Shown here: one piece after another, positions 12,256-38,320 of the stretch
How positions within the stretch are numbered: position 1 is the stretch's first letter
Layout: every line of letters starts with the position of its first letter
NCBI RefSeq assembly: GCF_009914755.1
Contig: NC_060928.1
Origin: the human T2T-CHM13v2.0 reference genome, Homo sapiens
Strand: one strand, 5' to 3'
Length of the DNA: 64,000 nt
Notes under the pieces: generated by a model
The model's database searches: none
Told to the model about the DNA's origin: nothing
The model's input: the letters and a program-made list of their open reading frames with translations, nothing else
Translations under genes and position numbers: made by a program

Positions 12256-12745
12256 GTTATAGGCAGAATTCTGACCCCCCCAAAGATATCTACATCCTAA
12301 TTCCCAGGGCATGTGAATACATTAGATTGCATGGTAAAGAGAGAATTAAGGTTGGAAACAGAATTAAGGCTTCTAATCAGCTGACTTATAAATAAGGGAG
12401 ATTATTCTGAGTTATTGGGTAGGCCCAATATAATTACAAGGGCCCTTAAATGTGGAAGAGGGAATCAGAAGATAGAACCACAGTGATGTAGTGTTAGACC
12501 TGGCCCATCCTTGCTGGCTGTGAAGATGGAGGAAAGCAGCCACTAGCCAAGGAATGTGAAGAATGCAAGAAAGACAGGATCTCCCCTATAGCTTCCAAAG
12601 GAATCCAGCCTTGCCGACACCTTGATTTTAGTGCAGGAAGACCCATTTGGACTTCTGCCCTGCAGAACTCTAAGATAATAAATTTGTGTGGTTTTAGGTC
12701 ACTAAATTTGGGGTCATTTGTTGCAACAGCAATAGGAAAGGAACA
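12256..12745 (+). mobile_element. MaLR LTR (MLT1D-like)
   Basis: TGTTATAGGCAGAATT...AATTAAGGTTG...TAATCAGCTGAC...ATAAATTTGTGTGGTTTTA...CAGCAATAGGAAA. Confidence 0.85.
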
Positions 12746-14584
12746 TGCCATCTCTGACTCCATTATCACAACCAATGTAGAACTGGCTCTTTTTCATTAT
12801 TTAGCCTAACTGCCTCAGTCTCCTCTTCCTATCACCAGTACTCTACCCAGGCTGCTAGGACACAGAAAAGAATTGTCCACCTTCAATTATCATCTGAGAA
12901 ACAACTCACAGAAACGTGCTTAAAGGTCTTCAATTCAAGGTCTAGGTATAATTCAGCTTCTCAAGATAACGGCACTTGAATCCTAAAGAGTGGATGAGCT
13001 GTTCATGTGTTTCCTTTGAACTCAGCCTCTGTAACTCACCAGGGGAGGTGTGAGGCAGCAGCCCACAGGCAGAGTTATTCAGCAGTCCTCTCTCCTGAGG
13101 GGCTCTTCTCCCCACCAGGCCCATCTGTTTGCATTCTGTTGGGCAGGAACAACTCAAAAGGGATTTAGCCTCTCCTTTATGCCAGCTTCAGGGAGAGCCA
13201 AATGTGGCTCTGTCAACAAGTAGGAGATCAAAGAGCTACCACTCCTCACCCCTAGCCAAGCAGAAAGGAGGCCACGTGGAGTACCTCTCTCCCTCTAGGA
13301 GGGCTGCAATGACCATCTCCTTATATGTTGTGTTACCTTGGCCTCTCGGAATTTAAGTGAGACCTTGACCACTACAGAGTTTTCAGTTTATTAACACTAC
13401 AGGCATATCCAGATGTGTTTTAAGAAACTGTATATTTTAAATGTTTACATTTAATAGATTAACACATTTAACCCATAAAAAAGCAATGCCATGTAATGAT
13501 GCAATTCAGGACTTATAAAAATATTAATTCATAGTACACTACAGGCACTGTAGATTGCTAATGGGGTATGTAGTAAGTTGAGGTAATGCAACATCATCTT
13601 TGAATTCTGTCCGTTCATTTCTGTGACTCTTTGGAGTTGATGATTTGGAGAGAAAGTTGAGAGTATAAACATGAAACTCACTGTGGGTGGGAGGCCTCAG
13701 CCAAGTAGAACTCCTGCCCCACACCTCTCCACATCAGCCCTGACATCCACCTCCCTTCCCTGCTTGAAGTGATCCCAAACATTCCTGTCTGCACTGGGAA
13801 TGACAGTGAGTAATTTAGTGATGAGACATCAGAGGCTTCAAGAAGCATATAGGAAAAAGGAAGAAGGGGAGCTAAGCTGAGATGGATATGTGGCCTTCAT
13901 GACTGCAGAATCCAAAATATATTCTCTCCAGCTGGTCATTCATTTCAGGAAACAGTTTGTATTAGGAACTTAAGCTTGCAAAAACATAACTCAGGGAGAA
14001 TTTATGACGTTTTTAAGTGTAATTTTAGTTCCTGCAAAGAGGCTAATTGCTGAAGGAGAACTCTCTAGCACTGGAGAGGAAGGAAGTGTACCCTATCTCT
14101 TTATGTTCCATTTCTTTAGGAATATCTGAGCTTAGGGGGTGGTGCTGTCAATGGACTCCAATGACCCTAGAGAGGCCTAGGACTCATAACAGAGCTATGG
14201 TCTATTTTTAAGCCTGACTTAAAGGTCTGGAAGTTATTAGAGCTTTGCTAAATGGGCTAACATGAAGTTGAGAAGTCTCTCCTCTGGCCTCTACCACCAC
14301 ACTAACTATTTGGCTGTCACTGAATATTTTTATTAGCATGGGCAAACAGGTAATAATACAGAAAATTGTCTATTCCAACATTGGCGACATTCTCTGGTCT
14401 GAAGTATTTATGATTTTCTTTTCCAATTGCATAAACTGTAGGAAACCACTTTTACATTCCAGAGTTATTGCTGCACAAGAGAACTGAAGATCTACTTCTT
14501 TATTGTTAGTGGAGAGGAAGTTATATGTAAATGAAACCCCAACTTCAAGTATAATAAGCCTACAGCAATGGTCTGAGACAAATT

Positions 14585-14702
14585 TCCTTTCTGTTCTTCT
14601 TGCTTCCTGGCTTCCTTTCTTCTTTCTTCCTTCCCTTGCTCTTTTCTTCCCTCCCTTCCTTCTTCCCTTTATCCTCCCTTCCTCCCTTCTTTCCTCCTTC
14701 TC
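14585..14702. repeat. Polypyrimidine (CCTT/CTT) low-complexity tract
   Basis: Directly visible. Confidence 0.9.
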
Positions 14703-14804
14703 TGGTGGTGTGGCTCAGGCCATGCTTATAGTTTAAACCCCCTTAAGTCATTTATTATACCTGGAACATAAAGTGTGAAGTATGAAAATGTGGGGAGGGG
14801 CACT

Positions 14805-14954
14805 TTTGAATCACGAGGAGAGCTTTAAACATACTGATTCCCGATCCACTTGCAGAAATTCTTATTTGATTGGTCTAGCAGGTGGCCTCGGCACCAGGAT
14901 TTATAAAAGCTCCATAAGTGGTTCCAATGTGAAGTCAAGGCTGAGAACTACTGG
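14805..14954. mobile_element. MER5-type hAT MITE fragment
   Basis: GAATCAC..GGAGAGCTTTAAA..TACTGAT...AAAAGCTCC...GGCTGAGAACTACTG. Confidence 0.7.
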
Positions 14955-15819
14955 TTGAAGGAAAATCAATGCTGATTTGGTCAAATGATTGGTTTATGTG
15001 CTTCCTTGTCGACAAAACTGGCTAAATAAAATGATTGTGTTGGAGTTTTTGAACGGACATGACCTCAAAGTGATTTTTTTAAAAAATTCAAAATGAGGCA
15101 GTGTTGGCTTGAAATAATACAATTCCAATCATATTCTTTCATGTTCTATCCTCCAGTCTGTGGGGCTGCTTCAAACTTGCTAACCCAATACAGGCAGAGC
15201 TTCACTGTAGGCTGATGAAGTTTTTGGACCGTGATGTCTGATTGTACAGCACAAATTCAATTATAATCCTAACATGACCACTGGCCAACTAGCCCAATGC
15301 GGAGAGCGTGAAGTCGGTTCCCAGATCATCAACAGGATGCTGTCCTTGACATCTGGAACACCAATCTAAGATGCAAGCAAATAGTTTTGAAATAAAGTTA
15401 GGTCTCTTGACCAGTTAGATATATGTGTTTGACAGAAACCCTGTGCAATTTATTAGCTATCCAGATAGTTTCCAGCAGGTATGAATTTCTAGTGATTCTG
15501 GGTTATTGATTGTTTCATGATCAGGATGGAAGCTGAAAGGTAATGTGGCATGAGTTCCAGCTGGAGATAGTTGAATAACAATGAAAAAAAAAAAATGTAT
15601 GTGATTAAGCACCTGTGAGCAATTACTAGTGGTGCCTTTGGATGAGCCAGAACCCAGGCCTGGTACTCTACTCTTCTTTCCTACCAAGACTGTGGCATAC
15701 AATGTCTGTTTTAAAGCTGTACTGTAGTGCTACTGGCTATTACAGTACAAAGGTCTCACCTATGTACTGGAAGGCTCCAGACATTACAAAAGCATGTTTA
15801 CATGTGCGTTGAGTTAGAG

Positions 15820-16052
15820 CAGAGTTTCTGAACCTCGGCATTGCTGAACTTTTGGTCTGGGTAATTCTTTGTTGTAAGGTCTTGTTCTGTGAATTAAATG
15901 TAGGATATTTAGCAGCACTCTGGCCTCTACCTACAAGGTACCAATAGTTGTGACAACCGGAGATGTCTTCAGACATTGTCAAATGTCCCCCAAAGGTGGG
16001 GGCAGGGTGGGAGGTGAGGACTGGGTAAAATTGTCCCAGTTGAGAATCAGTG
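15820..16052. mobile_element. MER20 hAT MITE
   Basis: TIR-like ends CAGAGTTTCTGAAC / GTTGAGAATCAGTG; internal TTTAGCAGCA...GTTGTGACAAC...CAGACATTGTCAAATGTCCCC. Confidence 0.85.
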
Positions 16053-16299
16053 AGTAGTTCTCTTGATTTTATAGTATAAGAAAAGTAAGGTTTTTTTTAA
16101 TACAAAGCCAGAATGATGATTCTAAGCCACTTCTGAAATTTCATTCACGGCAAATGAATCTCCTTTTTCTTTATTTGTCAAACCCAACAGTTTTGATTTT
16201 TCAGTCATCTTTGTATGCTCCGTGGTGCTCAACATAATGTTCTATTCACATAGTTGGTCCTTAGCAATGCTCTCTGAATGAGTAAAAAGATCCATTTTT

Positions 16300-16841
16300 C
16301 CCCTACTTCTGTCAACATGTTCTGGGTGGGCTCCGGGAATTTAAAATTGGCCTAAGCCAAGCCAATCGGACCACTCCGTTTCTCTGGACATAGTAATAGG
16401 TACCAGGCTCACACATACCTGAGCCAGCTTTATGAAAGTGAATCATAGGACTTGATGGGAATGTTGGGATCAGCACACTCAGTTTAGCCTTTTGTCGTTG
16501 CTACTGTTCTTCCTGCTGGTTTTGAACTTGGAAGGATGTCACCCCTAGAATTCTGGCAGCTTTGTGATGCTACAAGCTCTTATAAGAGGAGAGCCTGTTG
16601 GAGAGCTAACCAGTAAAGATGGAGCAGAGCTGAGAGATGAAAAGAAGGACATCAGATCCTGATTTGTACCTCTGGATCTGGTGGCTTCTCGCTGTGGTAT
16701 TTCTAGCCATGACCGTCTCTGGACTCATCGGTTGCTTGAGCCAATATTTTCCTGCATATCTATCTATTTCCATTTTTCTTATTTTTTTGTTTAAGCCAGT
16801 TTGAGTTAGGCTTTCTATCACCTGAGATTAGAAAAGTCCTC
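16300..16841 (+). mobile_element. MaLR LTR (MLT1K-like)
   Basis: CCTAAGCCAAGCCAATC...GCAGAGCTGAGAGATG...TTTAAGCCAGTTTGAGTT. Confidence 0.7.
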
Positions 16842-16846
16842 ATTTA

Positions 16847-18028
<1,182 letters not shown>

Positions 18029-18091
18029 CACAAACAATCCCATTACAAAGTGGGTAAAGAACATAAACAGGCACTTCTCAAAAGAAGACAT
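18029..18091 (+). mobile_element. Host L1 sense segment, before the nested insertion
   Basis: CAAACAATCCCATTACAAAGTGGG...CTTCTCAAAAGAAGACAT continues seamlessly at 22401. Confidence 0.85.
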
Positions 18092-22388
<4,297 letters not shown>

Positions 22389-22400
22389 AAAAGAAGACAT

Positions 22401-23234
22401 ACATGTGGTCAACAAACATATGAATAAAAGTTCAACATCACTGATCAGTAAAGAAATGCAAATCAAAACCACAATGAGATACAATCTTACACCAGTCAGA
22501 ATGGCTATTATTTAAAAGTAAAAACAAAAAAACAACAACAAAAAAAAAAAACAGATGCTGGCGAGGTTGCAGAGAAAAGGGAACACTTTTATACCATTGG
22601 TGGAAGTGTAAGTTAGTTCATCCATTGGGAAAGACAGTGTGGTAATTCCTTAATGACCTAGAAGCAGAAATACCATTTGACCCAGCAATACCATTACTGA
22701 GTATACACCCAAAGGAATATAAATCATTATATTATAAAGACACATGAACATGTATGTTCATTGCAGCACTTATTCACAATAGCAAAGACATGGAATCAAC
22801 CTAAATGCCCATCAATGATAGACTGGATAAAGAAAATGTGGTACATATACACCATGGAATACTATGCAGCCCTAAAAAGGAATGAGATCATGTCCTTTGC
22901 AGGGACATGGATGGGGTTGGATGCCATTATCCTCAGCAAACTAATGCAGAAACAGAAAACTAAACACTGCATCTTCTCACTTATAAGTGGGAGCTGAATG
23001 ATGAGAACACATGGACGCATGGAGAGAACAACACTCACTGGGGCTGTTGGAGGGGTAAAGGGAGGGAAAGCATCATGAATAAAAGGAATGGATGCTGGGC
23101 TTAATACCTAGGTGATGGGATGATCTGTGCAGCAGATCACCATGGCACACGTTTACCTATGTTACAAATCTGCACATCCTGCACATGTAGCCCTGAACTT
23201 AAAATAAAGGTTGAAAAAAAAAAAAAAAAAAAAA
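22401..23234 (+). mobile_element. Host L1 3' end (L1PA13/14-like) with poly-A
   Basis: 3'UTR GGATGCTGGGCTTAATACCTAGGTGATGGGATGATCTGTGCAGC...CTTAAAATAAAGGTTG-A(n). Confidence 0.88.
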
Positions 23235-23739
23235 GAAAAGACATGGCTCTACATGAGGGCTGGCCCAATAAGGAACAAATAAGACTCAGTGCAAATATTA
23301 ATTTAGGATTGCATAATCTTAGCATTGAGGAGATCTTAAAAGTAAGGGCTTGTGCATCACCTGACATTGGGGGTCCTTTTACCACATCGTTGTCAGAAGA
23401 ACTCTGGGCCCTGCTTGAATGTTTCGGGAAGGTCAGAGCTTGCCAAAGTCTCTGCATTTCTCTGTGCAGCAGCTCTGGCTATTAATAAATTCCTACTATT
23501 AAGCAAAATCTGCTTCCAAGAAACTCCTCCTAGGAGCTAAGTCCATAGCTAAATAGAACAAAAAATGTTTTGTTTTGTTTTTTACAATGAAGACAGATAC
23601 CATGTCTGTTTTTAGCCAAATCTTCTCCATCTCAACCATTCTCAAGTGCTTCCAGATCCTCCTGAAAAATCATGATCCAAATCTTTGTAATTGTAAACAG
23701 ACTTTGGAGAGCTACAGACGTCAGGTTGTAACCCATCAT

Positions 23740-23800
23740 CATAGCTTTTCAGCTGTGACTTTAGAAAAGTTACTTATAGTTCCCTAGTAACTATGTTTTC
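23740..23800 (+). mobile_element. MIR 5' part (target of the outer L1; resumes at about 35630-35760)
   Basis: CAGCTGTGACTTTAGAAAAGTTACTT ... ATCTGTCACATGGGGA joins across the L1. Confidence 0.6.
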
Positions 23801-24032
23801 TTTTTTTCTCTCTTTTTTTTATGATACTTTAACTTCTCGGGTACATGTGCACAACGTGCAGGTTTGTTACATATGTATACATGCACCATGTTGGCGTTCT
23901 GCACCCATTAACTCGTCATTTACATTAAGTATATCTCCTAATGCTATACCTCCTTCCTACCCCAACTCCACGACAGACCCTGGTGTATGATGTTCCCCCC
24001 CCCCCCCCCCCGTGTCCAAGTGTTCTCATTGT

Positions 24033-27855
<3,823 letters not shown>

Positions 27856-29101
27856 GTTAGCTGGTTATTTTGCGCGTTAGTTGATGCAGTTTCTTCCTAG
27901 CCTTGATGGTCTTTACAATTTGGCATGATTTTGCAGTAGCTGGTACTGGTTGTTCCTTTCCATGTTTAGTGCTTCCTTCAGGAGCTCTTTTAGGGCAGGC
28001 CTGGTGGTGACAAAATCTCTCAGCATTTGTTTGTCTGTAAAGGATTTTATTTCTCCTTTGCTTATGAAGCTTAGTTTGGCTGGATATGAAATTCCGGGTT
28101 GAAAATTCTTTTCTTTAAGAATGTTGAATATTGGCCCTCACTCTCTTCTGGCTTGTAGAGTTTCTGCCGAGAGATCCGCTGTTAGTCTGATGGGCTTCCC
28201 TTTGTGGGTAACCTGACCTTTATCTCTGGCTGCACTTAACATTTTTTCCTTCATTTCAACTTTGGTGAATCTGACAATTATGTGTCTTGGAGTTGTTCTT
28301 CTCGAGGAGTATCTTTGTGACGTTCTCTGTATTTCCTGAATTTGAATGTTGGCCTGCCTCTCTAGTTTGGGGAAGTTCTCCTGGATAATATCCTTCAGAG
28401 CATTTTCCAACTTCATTCCATTCTCCCCATCACTTTTAGATACACCAATCAGATGTGGATTTGGTCTTTTCACAGAGTCCCATGTTTCTTGGAGTATTTG
28501 TTCATTTCTTTTTACTCTTTTTTCTCTAAACTTCTCTTCTCGCTTCATTTCATTCATTTGATCTTCAATCACTGATATCGTTTCTTCCAGTAGATCAACT
28601 CGGCTACTGAAGCTTGTGCATGAATTGCGTAGTTCTCATGCCATAGTTTTTAGCTCCATCAGGTCATTTAAGGTCTTGTCTACACTGTTTATTCTAGTTA
28701 GCCATCCGTCCAATCTTTTTTCAAGGTTTTTAGCTTCTTTGTGATGGGTTCAAACATCCTACTTTAGCTCCAAGAAGTTTGTTATTAGCAATTGTCTGAA
28801 GGCTTCTTCTATCAACTCATCAAAGTCATTCTCTGTCCAGCTTTTTTTTTTTTTTTTTTCAGGTTACATCAGATTTTTTTTTTAAATTTTATTATTATTA
28901 TACTTTAAGTTTTAGGGTACATGTACACACTGTGCAGGTTAGTTACATATGCATACATGTGCCATGCTGGTGTGATGCACCCATTAACTTGTCATTTAGC
29001 ATTAGGTATGTCTCCTAATGTTATCCCTCCCCGCTCCCCCCACTCCACAACAGTCCCCAGAGTGTGATGTTCCCCTTCCTGTGTCCATGTGTTCTCATTG
29101 T

Positions 29102-32930
<3,829 letters not shown>

Positions 32931-34590
32931 GATGTTAGCTGGTTATTTTGCTTGTTAGTTGATGCAGTTTCTTCCTACCCTTGGTGGTCTTTACAATTTG
33001 GCATGATTTTGCATTGGCTGGTACTGGTTGTTCCTTTCCATGTTTAGTGCTTCCTTCAGGAGCTCTTTTAGGGCAGGCCTGGTAGTGACAAAATCTGTCA
33101 GCATTTGCTTGTCTATAGAGTATTTTATTTCTCCTTCACTTATGAAGCTTAGTTTGGCTGGATATGAAATTCCGGGTTGAAAATTCTTTTCTTTAAGAAT
33201 GTTGAATATTGGCCCCCACTCTCTTCTGGCTTGTAGGGTTTCTGCCGTAAGATCCACTGTTAGTCTGATGGGCTTCCCTTTGAGGGTAACCTGACCTTTA
33301 TCTGTGGCTGCCCTTAACATTTTTTCCTTCATTTCAACTTTGGTGAATCTGACAATTATGTGTCTTGGAGTTGTTCTTCTCAAGGAATATCTTTGTGGTG
33401 TTCTCTGTATTTCCTGAATCTGAATGTTGGTCTGCCTTGCTAGATTGGGGAAGTTCTCCTGGATAATATTCTGCAGAATGTTTTCCAACTTGGTTCCATT
33501 CTCCCTGTCACTTTCAGGTACACCTATCAGATGTAGATTTTGTCTTTTCACATAGTCCCATATTTCTTGGAGTATTTGCTCGTTTCTTTTTACTATTTTT
33601 TCTCTAAACTTCCCTTCTCATTTCATTTCATTCATTTCATCTTCCATCACTGATACCCTTTCTTCCAGTTGATCTCATCGGCTCCTGAGGCTTCTGCATT
33701 CTTCACATAGTTCTCGATCCTTGGCTTTCGGCTCCATCAGCTCCTTTAAGCACTTCTCTGTATTTGTTTTTCTAGTTATACATTCGTCTAAATTTTTTTC
33801 AAAGTTTTTAACTTCTTTGCCTTTGGTTTGAATTTCTTCCTGTAGCTCGGAGTAGTTTGATCGTCTGAAGCCTGCTTCTCTCAACTCGTCAAAGTCATTC
33901 TCCATCCACATTTGCTCCATTGCTGGTGAGGAACTGCATTCCTTTGGAGGAGGAGAGGCGCTCTGCTTTTTAGAGTTTCCAGTTTTTCTGCTCTGTTTTT
34001 TCCCCATCTTTGTGATTTTATTTACTTTTGGCCTTTGATGATGGTGATGTACAGATGGGTTTTTGGTGTGGATGTCCTTTCTGTTTGTTAGTTTTCCTTC
34101 TAACAGACAGGACCCTCAGCTGCAGGTCTGTTGGAGTTTGCTAGAGGTCCACTCCAGATCCTGTTTGCCTGGGTATCAGCAGTGGTGGCTGCAGAACAGT
34201 GGATTTTCATGAACCACGAATGCTGCTGTCTGATGGTTCCTCTGGAAGTTTTGTCTCAGAGGAGTACCCAGCCATGTGAGGTGTCAGTCTGCCCCTACTG
34301 GGGTTTGCCTCCCAGTTAGGCTGCTCAGGGGTCAGGGGTCAGGGACCCACTTGAGGAGGCAGTCTGCCTGTTCTCAGATCTCCAGCTGCATGCTGGGAGA
34401 ACCACTGCTCTCTTCAAAGCTTTCAGACAGGGACATTTAAGTCTGCAGAGGTTACTGCTGTCTTTTTGTTTGTCTGTGCCCTACCCCCAGAGGTGGAGCC
34501 TATAGAGGCAGGCAGGCCTCCTTGAGCTGTGGTGGGCTCCACCCAGTTCGAGCTTCCCGGCTGCTTTGTTTACCTAAGCAAGCCTGGGCA

Positions 34591-34665
34591 ATGGCGGGCA
34601 CCCCTGCCCCAGCCTGGCTGCCCCCTTGCAGTTTGATCTCAGACTGGTGTGCTAGCAATCAGTGA
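34591..34665 (+). pseudogene. L1 antisense ORF0 remnant, truncated at 24 aa
   Basis: ATGGCGGGCACCCCT... encodes MAGTPAPAWLPPCSLISDWCASNQ*; the stop is consistent with CGA>TGA decay. Confidence 0.75.
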
Positions 34666-36444
34666 GACTCCATGGGCGTTGGACCCTCTGAGCCAGGCGC
34701 TGGATATAATCTCCTGGTGCGCCATATTTTAAGCCTGTCGGAAAAGCATAGTATTAGGGTGGGAGTAACCCGATTTTCCAGGTGCCATCTCTGAACCCTT
34801 TCTTTGACTAGGAAAGGGAACTTCCTGACCCCTTGCATTTCCTGAGTGAGGCAATGCCACACCCACTTCAGCTCATGCAGGGTGCGCTGCACCCACTGAC
34901 CTGCGCCCACTTTCTGGCACTCCCTAGCGATAGGAACCTGGTACCTCAGATGGAAATACAGAAATCACTCATCTTCTGTGTCGCTCGCGCTGGGGAGCTG
35001 TAGACTGGAGCTGTTCCTATTCAGCCATCTTGGCTGCCAGCCTAGATCCCAGCTTTGTTCCATTGCTGGTGAGGAGCTGTGTTCCTTTGGAGGAGAAGAG
35101 GCACTCTGATTTTTAGAATTTTCAGCTTTTATGCTCTGGTTTCTCCCCATCTTTGTGGTTTTATCTGCCTTTGGTCTTTGATGATGGTGACGTACAGATG
35201 GGATTTTGGTGTTGATGTCCTTTTTGTTTGTTAGTTTTCCTTCTAACTATCAGGACCCTCAGCTTCAGGTCTATTGGAGTTTGCCAGAGGTGCACTCCAG
35301 ACCCTGTTCGCAGAATGGCAAATGTTGCTGTCTGATCCTTCTTCTGGAAACTTCGTCTCAGAGGGGCACTGGGCTGTATGAGGTGTCAGTCGGCCCCTAC
35401 TGGGAGGTGTCTCCCAGTTAGGCTACTCGGGGGTCAGGGACCCACTTGAGGAGGCAGTCTGTCCATTCTCAGATCTCAAACTCCATGCTGGGAGAAGCAC
35501 TACTCTCTTCAAAGCTCAGTTGAAAATGCAGAAATCACCCATATTCTGCATCGCTCATGCTGGGAGCTGCAGACTGGAGCTGCTGTTATTTGGCCATCTT
35601 GGAACCTCCTCCCTAATAACTATGTTTTCATCTGTCACATGGGGACCACATTAGCTCTTTTATGGGGTCATGATAAACATTCCATGGAATGATGCTTTTA
35701 ATGGGTTTTTTAGCTCTTTATTCAATACCTGACACATCTATGTGCTGTGTTCCATAAATTATCATTTTCTTTTTCATCTTGTTGCTATCCTTGGGAACAC
35801 AACTTTCAGGTATTCCCTTAAAATATGGTGTCCAAAATTCAACCCACTATTCCAAATGGGATCTGACCCTTCTAATATTTTGACATCTCTATTTGGTTTA
35901 TTTGAGATGTTTTATCATTTTCTTTAGTCATCCAAATTGGCATGGGTGGTCCTAATAATAACATTGTCAGGGTCTTAAAGAGTGCAGGTTACATGCCACT
36001 GTTTTTCTTGCCATGCTGTAGATAGAAATCCACGTCATCAGGAAAGTGATCTTTGCCCAGGGAGCATCAACCCAGAGGTCTAGCCTCTGAGCTCCTGGCT
36101 GCCTGAAATCAAGGTTGTAGCTAAGTGCAGTTCAAGAGGCCTGTTTTTCCTTTCCATAGTATAGCTTGTTGGCCTGAGGGAAGAGGAAGCTGTTGTTTCC
36201 ATTGGCAGATTGTAACTCCCAAAGAATGAAGCAGACCAATTGTGTAATAAGGAGACATCCAGGAAGATAAGCACAGGACAGTGCTCTCTGGCCACATGGG
36301 TACTTTCAAGGCTAAAGCAAGCTCTTTAATATCCAGACAATGTTTCTAGTCTATGAGAGAACATGTTAAAAGTCTGATTGGTTGCACTTTATCTTATAAG
36401 GAAAACTTCCCTGATTATTTGTATATGGCACATACATACCTTTG

Positions 36445-36715
36445 ATAATCAACAATGTTTTTTTTAGCACCTACCATGTGTTAACACTTACAGTAGTGTA
36501 ATAGTATAGTTATTATAGTAACAGAATAAGAAGAAATAATAGGATCTCCCATGTGTTGGACAACTACAACTCTTGTATTATTCTCTCCATTGTACAGATT
36601 ATACAGCAAGGCTTAGGGAAGGTTAGTCACTTGGCCAAGGTCATATAGCTTAAGAAGAAAGGTCATCCAAATCTAGAGCTCAACAGTTAATCTTCACATT
36701 CTATTATCACTTTGC
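36445..36715 (-). mobile_element. MIR
   Basis: AGCACCTACCATGTG...CCATTGTACAGAT...GGTTAGTCACTTGGCCAAGGTCATATAGCT. Confidence 0.7.
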
Positions 36716-37959
36716 TATCAACAAGAAGTCTAGACAAGCAAAGGGCCTTCAATAACAACTCCTCCCTTTCAGATTGAGCCAAAGACTAAGCTCTCTCTCT
36801 TATGTCCATGGCTCTGGGAATTTCTTTAAATTCTGTTTTCTGACATCCCTAACTCCGTCTTGCCCATTCACCGTTGAGGATCTTCTCTTTAGGTTCTAAT
36901 CTTGCTTTCTGCTCACTCCCATGAGTTTCATTATTTATATCTTCCCTTGTTATTTGCTTCTTCTCCATGAAAGATAGGGACACCAGTTCCTTCCATTCTC
37001 CCAATCTTTCTTTCTTTTCCCCACAATTTGATGGTGCCCCCACAAACATGTAGATACAAACATGTAGACTGGGCAGGCAAAGCTCCTGTCTAGGGAGTAG
37101 AGAGACTGGGCATTAAGTTACCAAACACAAAATATCTGCCCTCAGTAGGTTTTGACTCATTATGCAGCCTCTGATCATGAGATTTCAGATTTTTTACATC
37201 CTGAGAAGGAGATCCAGTAGAGGAAGCAGGGGAAAGATAGTATATATGTTGGAGGAAAGAAAAGAGAAGGGAGAGAAGGAAGATAGGAAGGAGGAAGAAA
37301 AAAAGATAAGGAGGAGAGAAACTGAGCCTGGTGCAGTGACCTCAGAGGCATGTTAAAACAATTTGGTGGTGTTTGTGATTAATTAGCAATTTGTTATAGT
37401 AGGAGCAAGAAAACAGGTCTGCAGGTGCTGCCTGGTGCTGCAGAGGGAATATTGAAATATCATTTACCGTGAGCCGAAGAAAAACAGCATACAAAGAGAA
37501 ATTCTCAGTTTGTAACAAAGCACGGGCCTTTCCAACTCTCCAGTTTAAATTTGTCTCCAGGGGAACTCCAATCTCCCCCAAAACTAGTAATAAAAATAAA
37601 GTGCTTGGAAGATGTATTTGAATTTCCTGTCAATTAAAACGTTTGTTAGTTCAAAGTACTGAGAGTTGAGGGTAAAGGGAGCTATATTTTCTTGCTGAGC
37701 ATTTTTGATGGTGGTAGCGTTAAACTGTATTCTCTTCTCATTCAGCGGCAGTTGGCTGAACTGAGGGTTTATGGAGTACTACAACATCCCTGACATCGTT
37801 GAGACAGGATGGCAATGCTGAAGCAGGAGATATAATCTATACCAGCAGGAGCTCAGCATCCATGGGGAAATTTGGAAAACAAGATCAGATTCCCTCCCCA
37901 TTAAACAATGGAAAAAGATACAGCACAGTGTAGTGTTAAATATACTTCTATTTAGAGAT

Positions 37960-38320
37960 GGTACTTATTCCTCCTTTCATTCCAAGTGCGAACTTCATTT
38001 CCTTAGGAAGGCCTTCTCTGACCTTCCAGGGTAGATCAAGTCACTTGTTTTTAGATGCCTTGTAGTTTCCTTTTCAGCATTAACCACAGTTTTTAATTAT
38101 ACGTACTCATATATTGTATTATAGAAACTTGCACACAAATTGTGTGTGTACATATATATATATAGCAATTGTATATATTTATTTACATGATTTAAGAAGA
38201 AATTCATCTCTCTCCATAATGGCAAGATTGGGCCTGTTCTGCCTACTATTGTATTCCGCAGTATCTCATACACATTCCAGGTACATAGTAGGTATTCAAT
38301 AAATATTTCTGAAATGAAAA
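37960..38320 (+). mobile_element. L2 3' fragment
   Basis: GGAAGGCCTTCTCTGACC...GGTACATAGTAGGTATTCAATAAATATTT. Confidence 0.7.

Noticed and set aside
15180-15400. Slightly CpG-richer unique stretch with a minus-strand acceptor-like site
   Set aside because: The reading frame I traced closes quickly and no product is recognisable; conservation data would be needed
37725-37870. Acceptor-like TCTCTTCTCATTCAG and ACTACAACATCCC (ZNF143-like)
   Set aside because: No convincing donor or ORF; the motif match is imperfect
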